Origin: Candidatus Latescibacterota bacterium | Lineage (GTDB): Bacteria; Latescibacterota; UBA2968; GCA-2709665 | Direction of reading: 5' to 3' | Length of the DNA stretch: 64,000 nucleotides | Assembly: GCA_965219455.1 (NCBI GenBank) | Contig: OZ244744.1 | Location: 32,001 to 96,000, forward strand | Part shown: positions 19,291-28,947 of the stretch, in pieces | How the letters are laid out: the number at the start of each line of letters is the position of its first letter | Numbering within the stretch: the first letter of the stretch is position 1 | Translations under genes and position numbers: made by a program | The notes under the pieces: model-generated | Told to the model about the DNA's origin: nothing | The model's database searches: none | Seen by the model: only the letters and a program-made list of their open reading frames with translations

Positions 19291-20517
19291 CTATAGTTTC
19301 AGGTTTTTTTCGATGCTATCCACAGCCAACTCGATGTCCTCACGGTGTCCGAACGCGCTCAACCTGAAGAATCCTTCGCCGCTGGGCCCGAATCCCGCCC
19401 CCGGCGTCCCGACGACGTGCGCCTCCGAAAGCAGCTTGTCGAAAAAATCCCACGAACCCATATCCGCGGGCGTCTTCATCCAGAGATACGGCGCGTGGAC
19501 GCCGCCGTAGACCGTCAGACCCAGGCCTTCGAGCCCCGAACGGATGCAGGCGGCATTGGACATATAATAGGCCACCATATCGCCGCATTCCGCCTTCCCT
19601 GCTTCCGTGAACACCGCCAGAGCGCCGCCCTGCACAATATTGGAGGCACCGTTGAACATCGTGTTCTGCCGTCTGCGCCAGAGCCCGTTCACCGCGCCCG
19701 GCCCGGCGTCTTCCAGGACCAGCTCTCGGGGAACCACCGACCAGCCCAGCCGCACGCCGGTAAATCCGGTATCCTTGGAAAAGCTGTTGATCTCGATCGC
19801 GCATGTCCTGGCGCCGTCGATCTCATAAATGCTGTGCGGCAGTTCAGGATCCGAAATGTACGCGCAGTAGGCCGCGTCGAAGATGATCACCGCCCGATTA
19901 TCGCGGGCATAATTTACAAACGTCTGCAGCTGGCTTCCGGTTGCAACGGACCCGATCGGATTATTCGGGCTGCAGATGTAGATCAAATCCACTTTTTCAG
20001 CCGGCAATTCGGGAAAAAATCCGTTTGCCTCGGTGCAGGGCATGTAAACAATTCCTTCGTAGTGACCCGCTGCCATCTGCCCGGTACGTCCGGCGATCAC
20101 GTTGCTATCCACGTAGACGGGATAGGCCGGGTCCTGCACGGCCACCACATTGTCGAGGCCGAAAATGGACTGAATATTCGCGGAATCCGGCTTTCCTCCA
20201 TCGCTGACGAATATCTCGACCGGATCGAGCGCGACGCCGCGCTCCGCGTAACGGCCCGCAATCGCCTCCCTCAGATCAAGATTTCCCTCGCTTCCGTCGG
20301 CGTAACCCGAATAGGTCTCGACCGCCGCGAGTTTTTCCACGGCGTGATGCAAACGACCAATCACACTTGGAGGCAATGGCTCGGTGGTGTTTCCGATACC
20401 CAGACGCATCACCTTTACATCGGGATGATTTTCCAGATATGCCCCTGTCCGGCTCGCGATTTCAGGGAACAGATAGCCGGCTGAAAGCTTGTTGAAATTG
20501 GGATTTATCGTCGCCAT
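19291..20517 (-). CDS. dapL: LL-diaminopimelate aminotransferase
   Basis: GYLFPEI, LGIGNTTEPL, VSDGGK, CSPNNP, SFSK..GFTGVRLGW, GTPGAGFG..GEGFFRLSAFG. Confidence 0.96.
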   Translation of the reverse strand: MATINPNFNKLSAGYLFPEIASRTGAYLENHPDVKVMRLGIGNTTEPLPPSVIGRLHHAVEKLAAVETYSGYADGSEGNLDLREAIAGRYAERGVALDPVEIFVSDGGKPDSANIQSIFGLDNVVAVQDPAYPVYVDSNVIAGRTGQMAAGHYEGIVYMPCTEANGFFPELPAEKVDLIYICSPNNPIGSVATGSQLQTFVNYARDNRAVIIFDAAYCAYISDPELPHSIYEIDGARTCAIEINSFSKDTGFTGVRLGWSVVPRELVLEDAGPGAVNGLWRRRQNTMFNGASNIVQGGALAVFTEAGKAECGDMVAYYMSNAACIRSGLEGLGLTVYGGVHAPYLWMKTPADMGSWDFFDKLLSEAHVVGTPGAGFGPSGEGFFRLSAFGHREDIELAVDSIEKNLKL

Positions 20518-20663
20518 CGTATTTGTCTGCCCCTTCTTTAATTGTTTACGGCCGATATACGTCCGATTCCAAACTTCACCGACTGAAGCGCGTGGATTGC
20601 ACGCTGACGGCGCCGGTGCCGGCGCATGGAGATTTCACTCAATATACACAGGCGCCACGGACA

Positions 20664-20984
20664 TCACAGGCCTAACTGAACTCTTAACGCGCGTTCTACA
20701 CGTTCCATATCCGTAACAGAAACACGTCCTTGCAGCGCATTCAATCGGCGCTTGCTCACCGTTGCCAACTGATCGGCCATCGCCTTCCGTCTTTGATCCT
20801 TTACAGTCACATAGGCTTCGCTGGGGTAGAGACGATCGAGATTGCTCGTGAGCGGTACAACCTGAACACGGTTCAAATGCCGGTTGGATGCGTCGTTACT
20901 GACGATAATCGCGGGACGTCTCTTACGGATTTCAACAGCTGTGGATGGGTTGAAATTGACCCACCACACTTCACCTCGGACCAT
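20664..20984 (-). CDS. mazF: PemK/MazF family toxin
   Basis: [11 protein letters not shown]...[14 protein letters not shown]...VVPLTS. Confidence 0.93.
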   Translation of the reverse strand: MVRGEVWWVNFNPSTAVEIRKRRPAIIVSNDASNRHLNRVQVVPLTSNLDRLYPSEAYVTVKDQRRKAMADQLATVSKRRLNALQGRVSVTDMERVERALRVQLGL

Positions 20985-21201
20985 CGAATGCGTCCCCCAC
21001 AGTATTTTCCGCCCATTCTAAAGCTTCGGCTTCCCGTTTTTCATCGTGCGCCATATCCTCGTAAGCCTGTTCCAGGTCGGGTTGAAGCACATGGGGCCGG
21101 ACCAGCGTTTCGACAAAGCGGCTGATGCGGCGGCGGCCTATAATCTGATGCAGGCCTGCATACACTTCCTCGTCAATAGTGATGGTCAGCTTCTTGCGCA
21201 T
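20971..21201 (-). CDS. Ribbon-helix-helix antitoxin
   Basis: [15 protein letters not shown]-terminus; acidic C-terminus; overlaps the toxin gene. Confidence 0.85.
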   Translation of the reverse strand: MRKKLTITIDEEVYAGLHQIIGRRRISRFVETLVRPHVLQPDLEQAYEDMAHDEKREAEALEWAENTVGDAFDGPR

Positions 21202-21234
21202 ATGCGATTCTCCAATTCAGACAACATTGAACAC

Positions 21235-21281
21235 AATAACACGTGTATTATACGTATAAGAAAATATCACGACGATGTCAA
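21235..21281 (-). promoter_or_regulatory. TA operon promoter with palindromic operators
   Basis: TTGACA -35 (21276-21281 on the minus strand); palindromes TTATACGTATAA and ACACGTGT over the -10/TSS region. Confidence 0.65.
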
Positions 21282-21362
21282 GGCCGGAACCGGGTAGGAG
21301 GGGCGCGTCAAAATCCGATGCCGTCATTTGCGTTCCCATAAACCCAATATGCTCGGCCCGCG

Positions 21363-21746
21363 TTATTTCGTCTCCACAAATGCAAGAATGTAACCGTCGG
21401 GATCCGATATGTAGAATTCCCGACCGTAGGGCATTTCCCGGAGGGGCTGAGTTACCGGGACGGTCCGGTTTTGTACGCCCTTGTACACCGCGTCGATATC
21501 CTCCACCGTAAACGTGACGTCCAGGTGCTCGTTCTCCCTTCGAAAACGCCTCTCGTCACCCGGCGCGTCGGCGAGCTTCAGATGGATGGAGTGCCGATCC
21601 CGCACGATTCCCGCGTAAAAATGCTCATACCGGAAGTCAAGGTCGAACCCAAGCTGCTCAGTATAGAAGCGGATGGACCGGTCCAGATCGGCCACGAGGA
21701 ATTGTGGGCTCATCCCCGTCAGTCTTGCGGAGGGTGTCTGGCTCAT
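21363..21746 (-). CDS. VOC/glyoxalase family protein
   Basis: LVADLDRSIRFYTEQLGF...PYGREFYISDPDGY; AGGAAGAGGAG RBS before ATG 21746. Confidence 0.9.
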   Translation of the reverse strand: MSQTPSARLTGMSPQFLVADLDRSIRFYTEQLGFDLDFRYEHFYAGIVRDRHSIHLKLADAPGDERRFRRENEHLDVTFTVEDIDAVYKGVQNRTVPVTQPLREMPYGREFYISDPDGYILAFVETK

Positions 21747-21800
21747 TGGTCTCCTCTTCCTGGAGTCGGACAACCCCGGTCTCCGTGGGTTCGGCCATAC

Positions 21801-21840
21801 GGTCGAAGGGTAGCGAAGCGCGGGCATTTCGACAAGCTCA
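21801..21840. repeat. REP-like doublet, family B
   Basis: GTCGAAGGGTAGCGAAGCGCGGGCATTTCGACAAGCTCA, closely similar to 19133-19185. Confidence 0.7.
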
Positions 21841-22093
21841 ATGACCACGCTTCGGTACGCGTTCTTCCCTCCCCTCCCCGTGCCGGGGAGGGGTCGCCGA
21901 CCGCGGCGCGAAAGCGTGCGGTCCGGAGGGAATACGCGTTTGCGTGGAGCCGCGGGATTGGGTACAATAAAGAACCGGAATTGATCTGCGTCAAGCGGGA
22001 GATTTCATTAGAATACAAGCATGGTGCGCGCTTACGACGCTTTCGTGACGCGCGCGATATGGGGACGATGAACCCCGTCAGGCTGGAGGCCCG

Positions 22094-23098
22094 ATGACCT
22101 GGGGACGAATCTATCTGTGGATTGCCGTGCTGATTTTCGCCGCCGCCGCCTCGGTGGTGGCTCGCCTGGTCGAAATCGGCCAGGTGCATCTGATCGACGG
22201 CCGAAATCCCATTTCCTTCTGCAACCTGCTCTTTGCCGGCAATCTCGTGGCTGCGTTGACCCTGTTGGCCCTCAATCAACGGGAATGGCGCCCTTCCCGT
22301 CTGCGCAAGCTGTCGGGCCGTCAGTGGCTGGTTCAGACGGCCCTCGCCCTCACGTCCGGCGCCATCGCGCCGGCCATGATGTTTACGGCCATCTCGCGCA
22401 CGTCTGTCACCAATATCGTCCTGATCGAGACCATAGAAATCCCGCTTGGACTGTTATTGGCCTGGATGTTTTACCGGGAGAAGTCGAGCGGAACCGCGGT
22501 CCTGGGTGCGTTGTGCGCCGTTGGCGGCGTGGTGACAACGCTCGTCCTGCAGATGGGCGCGTCGCCCGGGAGCATGGCGGCGGCGCGAATGCGGAGCGGG
22601 GTGGGCAGCGGTGAAGTCTTCGCGGCGGTCGCGACCGTACTCCTGGTGTGCGGCGCCGAAGTCGGGCGCAAGCAGCTTCAGACGATCCCCCTGGGCATCT
22701 TCAGTGTCTATCGCAACCTGTTAGGCGCGCTTTTCTTCCTCGGAATCGGCCTCTACCTTTTTGGCATCGACCACTTCGCCGACATTTTCTCCCCGGTGCT
22801 GTGGGGCTGGATGATCCTGTACGGCGGGATCGTGGTGGCGTGCGGGCAACTGGCGTGGTTTGCCGGCATCAAGCGGGTACGCCCCGCCGACATCGCCACG
22901 GCGTCTTGCTTTTCGCCGGTGGCCGGCGTGCTCTTTGCCGCTCTCATCCTGGGCGAGGTGCCCATGCCCGCGCAACTCATCGGGGGAGGCATTATCCTTT
23001 CGGGCATCGCTATCGCCCTTTGGGGCGAGTTGCGGGGGCCGCGCCCGACGCGTCCATCCAGAACAAAGGACAAAGCCAAAGCGTTCACCGGCGTCTGA
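22094..23098 (+). CDS. DMT/EamA family transporter
   Basis: About 10 TM segments in two repeats; ALILGE...QLIGGGIIL end motif. Confidence 0.88.
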   Translation: MTWGRIYLWIAVLIFAAAASVVARLVEIGQVHLIDGRNPISFCNLLFAGNLVAALTLLALNQREWRPSRLRKLSGRQWLVQTALALTSGAIAPAMMFTAISRTSVTNIVLIETIEIPLGLLLAWMFYREKSSGTAVLGALCAVGGVVTTLVLQMGASPGSMAAARMRSGVGSGEVFAAVATVLLVCGAEVGRKQLQTIPLGIFSVYRNLLGALFFLGIGLYLFGIDHFADIFSPVLWGWMILYGGIVVACGQLAWFAGIKRVRPADIATASCFSPVAGVLFAALILGEVPMPAQLIGGGIILSGIAIALWGELRGPRPTRPSRTKDKAKAFTGV

Positions 23099-23135
23099 AC
23101 GGATACAGGAGACCGGTGCGCGGCATGGCCTGACC

Positions 23136-24911
23136 TCACCTGTCGAAGTAGGGATGCGGAGAAACCGGCGCTTTGGGGATCTCGCCGGTGGGCGGTTTCA
23201 GCGTGATATCTTCGAACAGGACCATTCGGGGGGCGGCGATACTTGTGAGAACCTGACGTCCCCGAAGTGTGCCCGAAAAGGGTGAGGAATCGTCCTGCGA
23301 ACGAAAGGGAAGGGTGTTTGACGCTTGCGCCCTGGACACCTGCACGATGTCCTTGAAGGTATGGGCGCCGATCCCCGCGAATTGCGCGTTGCGCACGAGT
23401 TCCTTTCGACCGTCCAGAAAGACCCTGTACACGTAGATCGGGTTTTCCACTTTAATTTCTTCGTTTGACGGTCCGGACAGATAGTAAGCATCGCGTGTCT
23501 CGCCTATCGTATATAAAGGGTTGGCGACGTGGGTGACGATGTAGCCGTATTCTTTTTTCTGCCTTCTGATCAGTTTGAAGAATTCCTTCCGTATCAGTTC
23601 TTCGCTCAAACCCATCTCCGGCTCAACCAGGATATTGCTCGGCGCGACCCCGGGGCCGCGGCGGCTCCCCGTGCTGCGATCAATGCCTCGAACCGGCGTT
23701 CGGGTCGTTAAGAGCGTCTCCAGCACACCCTTGCTCACCAGCCGGGTCGGACGCGCCGGGACCCCTTCGTCGTCGATCCTGTAGCCGCCCAGCAGCGGGC
23801 GCTTCTTATAGAAGTCGGTAAGCGGCGCGGCGCGCACGCTGAGGAAATCGGGAAGCACGCGCACGCCGATCCTGTCCATGAACGGGTTTTCCTTCTTCTG
23901 GGGGTAGAAACGTTCATAATCGGGATTGTCGGTCAACGCCCTGCGCGTGGACAGCAAGTAGGGGACAAACCCCTGGTTGAACAGTTCCGTGGCCGCCTGA
24001 CCCGAAAAGATCACCGGGCCGGTGAAGCGTTCGACGACGGGTGCGAGACGCAGCTTCCGCAGGCGCTCGCCGAGGGCCCCGATGCGGGCGGCCAGATCCC
24101 TGTCGTCGGGAAGGCCGTCCGTTGAGCGGGCGTACACGGCCACGAAATCCTGAAGTGCCATGCCGTCGGGAGCCTGCGTGGCGGCAACGGCGGTGAAGGC
24201 CAGCAAGGAACTCGTTCGGGTGAAGGAAGAGCCCTCGCTGTTGAGGTAGTGGACGGTGGTGTTGGATCCGCTGCATCGGACGCGCGAGGTGTGTATATCG
24301 GGCATCTCGTGGAACAGGGCGGAAAGCTGGCGAGCCCGCCGCTCCATGGCGGCGAGATCCAATACGGCCGGCGCCATTTCGTCCACTTCGGTTGCAGGCG
24401 CCTCCCTGCTGAAATCGGGTATCTCTTCCGTGCGCGTCTTGTTCTGCAGGGCGGCGCGTTTCTTTGCCAGATCCTCGAGGGCTTTCTTATACGCCCCGTC
24501 GGTGGCCAGCCAGATTTTTCGGCGCAGTTCACCATAGTTGTCTTCCAGGGTCAGTCCCACGCTACTCCCTCTCATGCGCACCACCCCGGTTCCGCCGAAA
24601 GCGAACGCGCGGAAGTTGGTGTTGTCGAGGGCGTAGTCACCTACCCGCACTTCCACAGTGAGGGTGCGGGAGCGGCTCTTCTGGCTTCTCAGCAGACTGC
24701 CGAACGTTGCCGAACTGCTCCTGGACCTCATTTCGTGCACATGGTAGGAAATGAAGTAGGGGCGTTCCAGGTCTTCAAGCTGAAGTTCCTTCATCGAGCG
24801 CGCCAGTTCGTCTCGCAGGGCGCGCTGCAGAGTCGTGTTTTCCGCGTGGATTGCCGAAGCCATCAGGATGCTGGCGGCCGTTAGGACGTGGAAGAGCAAC
24901 TTTCTGCGCAT
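23136..24911 (-). CDS. PmbA/TldE-like protein (no HExxxH) with signal peptide
   Basis: Paralogous to the neighbouring TldD (ALRDELARS, RVGDYALDNT, DDEGV); lacks the metal motif; N-terminus ends ASAIHA. Confidence 0.85.
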   Translation of the reverse strand: MRRKLLFHVLTAASILMASAIHAENTTLQRALRDELARSMKELQLEDLERPYFISYHVHEMRSRSSSATFGSLLRSQKSRSRTLTVEVRVGDYALDNTNFRAFAFGGTGVVRMRGSSVGLTLEDNYGELRRKIWLATDGAYKKALEDLAKKRAALQNKTRTEEIPDFSREAPATEVDEMAPAVLDLAAMERRARQLSALFHEMPDIHTSRVRCSGSNTTVHYLNSEGSSFTRTSSLLAFTAVAATQAPDGMALQDFVAVYARSTDGLPDDRDLAARIGALGERLRKLRLAPVVERFTGPVIFSGQAATELFNQGFVPYLLSTRRALTDNPDYERFYPQKKENPFMDRIGVRVLPDFLSVRAAPLTDFYKKRPLLGGYRIDDEGVPARPTRLVSKGVLETLLTTRTPVRGIDRSTGSRRGPGVAPSNILVEPEMGLSEELIRKEFFKLIRRQKKEYGYIVTHVANPLYTIGETRDAYYLSGPSNEEIKVENPIYVYRVFLDGRKELVRNAQFAGIGAHTFKDIVQVSRAQASNTLPFRSQDDSSPFSGTLRGRQVLTSIAAPRMVLFEDITLKPPTGEIPKAPVSPHPYFDR

Positions 24912-24929
24912 TGGATTTCTCCTGCAGGG

Positions 24930-26648
24930 TTAAAGGAGATCGCCTTCCGTTTTTTCGTGATCCGGTTCGGAGGAGGGAGCGTCGAGGATGGGGCGGCGTT
25001 CCTGGGACTTCGGTTTCTTCTGTACTTCGATCTGAGAGATGTAAATGCCGGGAGACACAGCAGCCACGGGTACCCAACCCGACTCCGCACCGCAATTGCC
25101 GTTGAATACGCCGATGCGGTCGTCGGCGGCGGCGATCCGGCTGAACGCTGTCAGCGGCGTTCCAATCAGATCCACGCCACGCACCAGTTCTTCACGCCCG
25201 TCGGTGTAAATTCGGTAGACCATAATCGGAAGCACGTTGAAGGCGTTCGGGAAAAAACGTCCGGTTATGGTGAATCCCCCTTGAATATCCTCGAAGTAGA
25301 GCCCGAACACCTTGCCCTCATTGCGGCACTGATCGATGAGCATTACCTTGAGTCGGTCGCGGCTCAGCGGCTCGGAGGTCTCCACGATCAGGTTGGACTG
25401 CCGTGCGACCGGGGCGTAGCCCGGCTGTTTGCGTCCGTGACCGTTGGAATTGGGGAAATTCTCGATAGGCGAACGGGACATAAGGAAGCGACGGAAAATC
25501 CCGTTCTCCACAACCGCCACACGCCGCGCCTTGACGCCCTGATTGTCGTGCTTGTAGGCGCCCACCAGGTCCCTTCCGGCGATGCTCTTTGTGGTGGGGT
25601 CGAAGAACACGGAAAACGTCTCGGGCAGAACCCTCTCCCCGATCTTCCTTTTGAAGGTCTGACCCTCTTCCTCGCGCTTCTGGCGGTGGCCCTCGATGCG
25701 GTGACCGAAGATCTCGTGAAACAGGACGCCGCTGGCGCGTCCCGACAAAATTGCAGGACCGGCGTATGGCGCCACGACAGGGGCATCGCGCAGTGCCTGG
25801 AGGTCGGCGATCATGCGGTCCACCAAGGCGAGGACCTCGTCGTCGCCTGGCAGGCCCTCCGGGGTGAAAGCGGAAAAGGATTCGTAGCGCGGCAACTCCA
25901 TGCCGTCGTCAGCTTTCGTGAAGGCGTAGATGTACAGTCGGTAGAGCACCTGTGACGTCTGGATCTCGCTGCCCTCGCTGTTGACGTACTGGCGAGTCGA
26001 AACGGTTGCCAGGAGACTCGCGCTGGCTTCGTATATGTTTCCATCTTTGGCGAACGGGGCCGTGTACTTTTTCACCCGGGCTGCCCATTCGTCGCGGGCG
26101 ACATCGAGGACAACGGGTTCTTCCACGTAACTTTCGACCGGCTCCCTGGAGAAATCGTCAGACCGGTCCTCCTCTTCCACCTTGACCTGGACGTTGGTCT
26201 TCACGGTGGTGAGCTGTTCAATGGCACGCTTGTATTTTTTATCCGTGTGGTACCAGAGCACCGCGCGTACCGCGTCGACGTCATCCTGGATCGGGATGGC
26301 GATCCGCGAATAGCGATCGGACCTGCTGGTTATGCTGCCGCGAACCTGGTGGGTATTGTCGAAGGCGTAGTCCCCCACCCTAAGATCGATGTCGAGCAGG
26401 CGGCTGCGTCTCTCGTTGTTGTAGGACAGCGCGCCGAAGGAAGCTCCGATACGGATCAGATGCGTTTCCGTGATTTCATAACTCAGATAATAGGGCGGGA
26501 CCGGCTGTCGTTTGAGCAGGTCGACGGATCGGGTCAATTCCTCTCGCATGGCCTGCAGCAGAGGGGAGGCGGTCTCCGCCCTAGTTCCGGCCGCTGTAAA
26601 TGCGGTCAATAAAAGCCAGAGGCATGTGATCCTGGGAATTGTTCTCAT
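24930..26648 (-). CDS. tldD: TldD-family metalloprotease with signal peptide
   Basis: HEIFGHRIEG metal motif, SNGHGR, CGAESG C-terminal Cys; signal peptide from ATG 26648. Confidence 0.88.
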   Translation of the reverse strand: MRTIPRITCLWLLLTAFTAAGTRAETASPLLQAMREELTRSVDLLKRQPVPPYYLSYEITETHLIRIGASFGALSYNNERRSRLLDIDLRVGDYAFDNTHQVRGSITSRSDRYSRIAIPIQDDVDAVRAVLWYHTDKKYKRAIEQLTTVKTNVQVKVEEEDRSDDFSREPVESYVEEPVVLDVARDEWAARVKKYTAPFAKDGNIYEASASLLATVSTRQYVNSEGSEIQTSQVLYRLYIYAFTKADDGMELPRYESFSAFTPEGLPGDDEVLALVDRMIADLQALRDAPVVAPYAGPAILSGRASGVLFHEIFGHRIEGHRQKREEEGQTFKRKIGERVLPETFSVFFDPTTKSIAGRDLVGAYKHDNQGVKARRVAVVENGIFRRFLMSRSPIENFPNSNGHGRKQPGYAPVARQSNLIVETSEPLSRDRLKVMLIDQCRNEGKVFGLYFEDIQGGFTITGRFFPNAFNVLPIMVYRIYTDGREELVRGVDLIGTPLTAFSRIAAADDRIGVFNGNCGAESGWVPVAAVSPGIYISQIEVQKKPKSQERRPILDAPSSEPDHEKTEGDLL

Positions 26649-26963
26649 TGGCGCGCCTTTCTGGAATAGTTTCCGTAAACACCCTGAGTGTCGCAAAATG
26701 CGACAGTTAATACGCGCTGCTACAATGCGCCCTGTTATTGACCCGCTTTGAACGGGCGGCGGGCGCATCGGCCGGTTGGCGACCGGACATTTTACAAATC
26801 AGTCCACACAAAATTAAACGCCTCCAGGGAAAATCGGTTCCCCTCCAAGGCGTTACGTTACGGAGAAACCCGCAAGGGTTGGACTGCGTGACCACGAATA
26901 TTGGCCCTAAAGAGCCGGTGAAAACCTCTCATCTATCTGCATTCCGGAAAAAGGATAAAAAGA

Positions 26964-26996
26964 CGGGCAGACAGGAATGTCTGCCCCACCTTCACG
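26964..26996 (-). repeat. REP family A (GTGG + palindrome GGCAGACATTCCTGTCTGCC)
   Basis: Inverted near-identical copy (32/33 nt) at 28798-28830. Confidence 0.8.
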
Positions 26997-27063
26997 CACG
27001 CTTCCTCGACGGCTCGACAATCGGCTGATGTATGAAGTGACAGTGCGTCAAGAATAACCCAGG

Positions 27064-28614
27064 CTACCTGGGCATGGTCGAAAGCCCGTTCAGGCTATCC
27101 ACAACCGCCTTGAGTTTCCGGTAGGCATTGTCGGGATCGAATCCGACCATCCGGTATCGAACAATCCCTTCTTTGTCCGCGACGAACGTAACCGGGATGT
27201 TTCGAATCCCGGATCGCACAGAGAAGTTCTGTTCCTTGCTGTCCCAGACGGTTTCGAACGAGCCCTCGTACTTGCTCACAGCCTTTTGAACGGCCACCGG
27301 AAACTCCTTTTTTGTGATGCCAGGAATGTGCTCCGGGGGCGTGTGAACGGCGATCATCCTCACCCCACTACCGGAAGTCTCCTTCGAAAGTCGGGCAATA
27401 ACGGGCAATTCCGCCATGCAGGGCCCGCACCAGAATGCCCAGAAGTTCAGGACGCTCACGTTTCCCTTAATATCGTCGAGCGATAACGTGCCCCCGCCCA
27501 ACCGCTGCAACGCAAACACCGGAAGGGGCTTGCCCACGAGGTCGTCATCTTTCTTGTGCCCTTCCCCACGAATCTCGGCCTCGAGTTTCCGGCTATATGC
27601 CACATAACCCGTATTGGACCCATGCGTAAGGTTGAAGTTACGCTGTAAGGCCATCCAGAGATCTGGATCCCTGGGAGCATCCATTATGGCCTTTTGGTAA
27701 AATTCGATCGCCTCCGCGTGCATGCCTCGCTGTTCATAAAGCGAGGCCTGACCCCGGTACGCCCAATCGCCGTCCCGGAAATCTGAGAAAGTGCCGGCAT
27801 CCCCTAGCGATTCAAGAATCTTGACGGCCTCGGTATAAGCATTCTCCGCCTCTGCGAATCTACCCAGGAGATGCAGGCAGTGGCCCCTGAGAGACTGGTA
27901 TCGATATAGCGCCTCGTTGCGGTAGGGTTCTGGTACATCGCCAATGTGCTTTACGGCCATATCGGCAAATACCAATGCAGTCCGAGGGTACATTGTCTCC
28001 ACGCCAGGAGGACCATCCAATCCGCTCAGAATACGACCGATTGTGCGATAGGTTCCGGAATGCGGGATTATCGCTGCCGCGCTGTCGGCGGCCGCGTGGA
28101 CGTCGACGCTGTCGGTCGCTGGAATCCTGGCCATGATGGAATAGAGAAAAGCGACGCCCCTTTCCACGTAGTCCGGATAACGGATGAGGAGTTCATTCCA
28201 GAGTTCGACGGCCTGTTTCTGGTCGAATCCGGTGACGGCATAGCATCGATTATACAGATCCCGTTCTTCACTGGTCCGGGTAACCGGCCTTCCCGAAGTA
28301 CTGTGGAAGAAGCTCCGCCGGGTGACCTTGTCCCGATCATGATCCAGTATCAGCCTTACAGAGTAATCCTCCCTGGGAAATCCGGATTTGTCCAATACGA
28401 TCGTATAGTTCCCGGGCGGCTGGACTCCGTACTGCGGCGCGGCGTGTACCCCCACGGTCGACGAAATCCTCACCTGTACGTGCGAGGACTCCGGAACGTC
28501 ATAGTTGATGGTGATCGTACTGTCCGTGGATGCGCCGTCCAACGTTAGCGTCGCCTTCGCCGACAGCGTTTCAGGCAGGAACAACGCGAGGAGTAAGAGG
28601 CTGGTGGTTTTCAT
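27064..28614 (-). CDS. Exported TPR-containing TlpA-family thioredoxin
   Basis: Signal peptide; TPR-like helices; LNFWAFWCGPC thioredoxin motif; AAGGAGG RBS before ATG 28614. Confidence 0.88.
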   Translation of the reverse strand: MKTTSLLLLALFLPETLSAKATLTLDGASTDSTITINYDVPESSHVQVRISSTVGVHAAPQYGVQPPGNYTIVLDKSGFPREDYSVRLILDHDRDKVTRRSFFHSTSGRPVTRTSEERDLYNRCYAVTGFDQKQAVELWNELLIRYPDYVERGVAFLYSIMARIPATDSVDVHAAADSAAAIIPHSGTYRTIGRILSGLDGPPGVETMYPRTALVFADMAVKHIGDVPEPYRNEALYRYQSLRGHCLHLLGRFAEAENAYTEAVKILESLGDAGTFSDFRDGDWAYRGQASLYEQRGMHAEAIEFYQKAIMDAPRDPDLWMALQRNFNLTHGSNTGYVAYSRKLEAEIRGEGHKKDDDLVGKPLPVFALQRLGGGTLSLDDIKGNVSVLNFWAFWCGPCMAELPVIARLSKETSGSGVRMIAVHTPPEHIPGITKKEFPVAVQKAVSKYEGSFETVWDSKEQNFSVRSGIRNIPVTFVADKEGIVRYRMVGFDPDNAYRKLKAVVDSLNGLSTMPR

Positions 28615-28648
28615 CGTTGACCTCCTTACGTGTGTGTACTGTGCCGCT

Positions 28649-28894
28649 CCCTGAGCCTGTCGAAGGGTCGGCACAGGACTGCAAGACGGAGTTGGCGGAA
28701 GATTCTTCGACTGCGCTCAGAATGACATGCTTTGCAAAAACCATTGCACGATGTGTCGGTCATATGTCGGCACAAACTATCGTGCTCAGGAAACGGACGT
28801 GAAGGTGGGGCGGACATTCCTGTCTGCCCGCATCATCGATCTTCTGTCGGAATGAAGATTGAAGGAGCACCGGGCAGGTTTGAAACCTGCCCCC
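28649..28894. repeat. Cluster of REP-like palindromes (families B, C, A and GGGCAGGTTTGAAACCTGCCC)
   Basis: 28649-28667, 28701-28727, 28798-28830, ~28872-28892. Confidence 0.7.
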
Positions 28895-28947
28895 AAACTT
28901 ATCATAACGCGGAAGCATGCAGGCTGGCGAAGTGTCCGCGCACTAGT

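Noticed and set aside
26862-26932. Glycine riboswitch (GGAGA...hairpin...CTCTCA)
   Set aside because: The conserved CCGAAG core is absent and the orientation is opposite to the neighbouring genes
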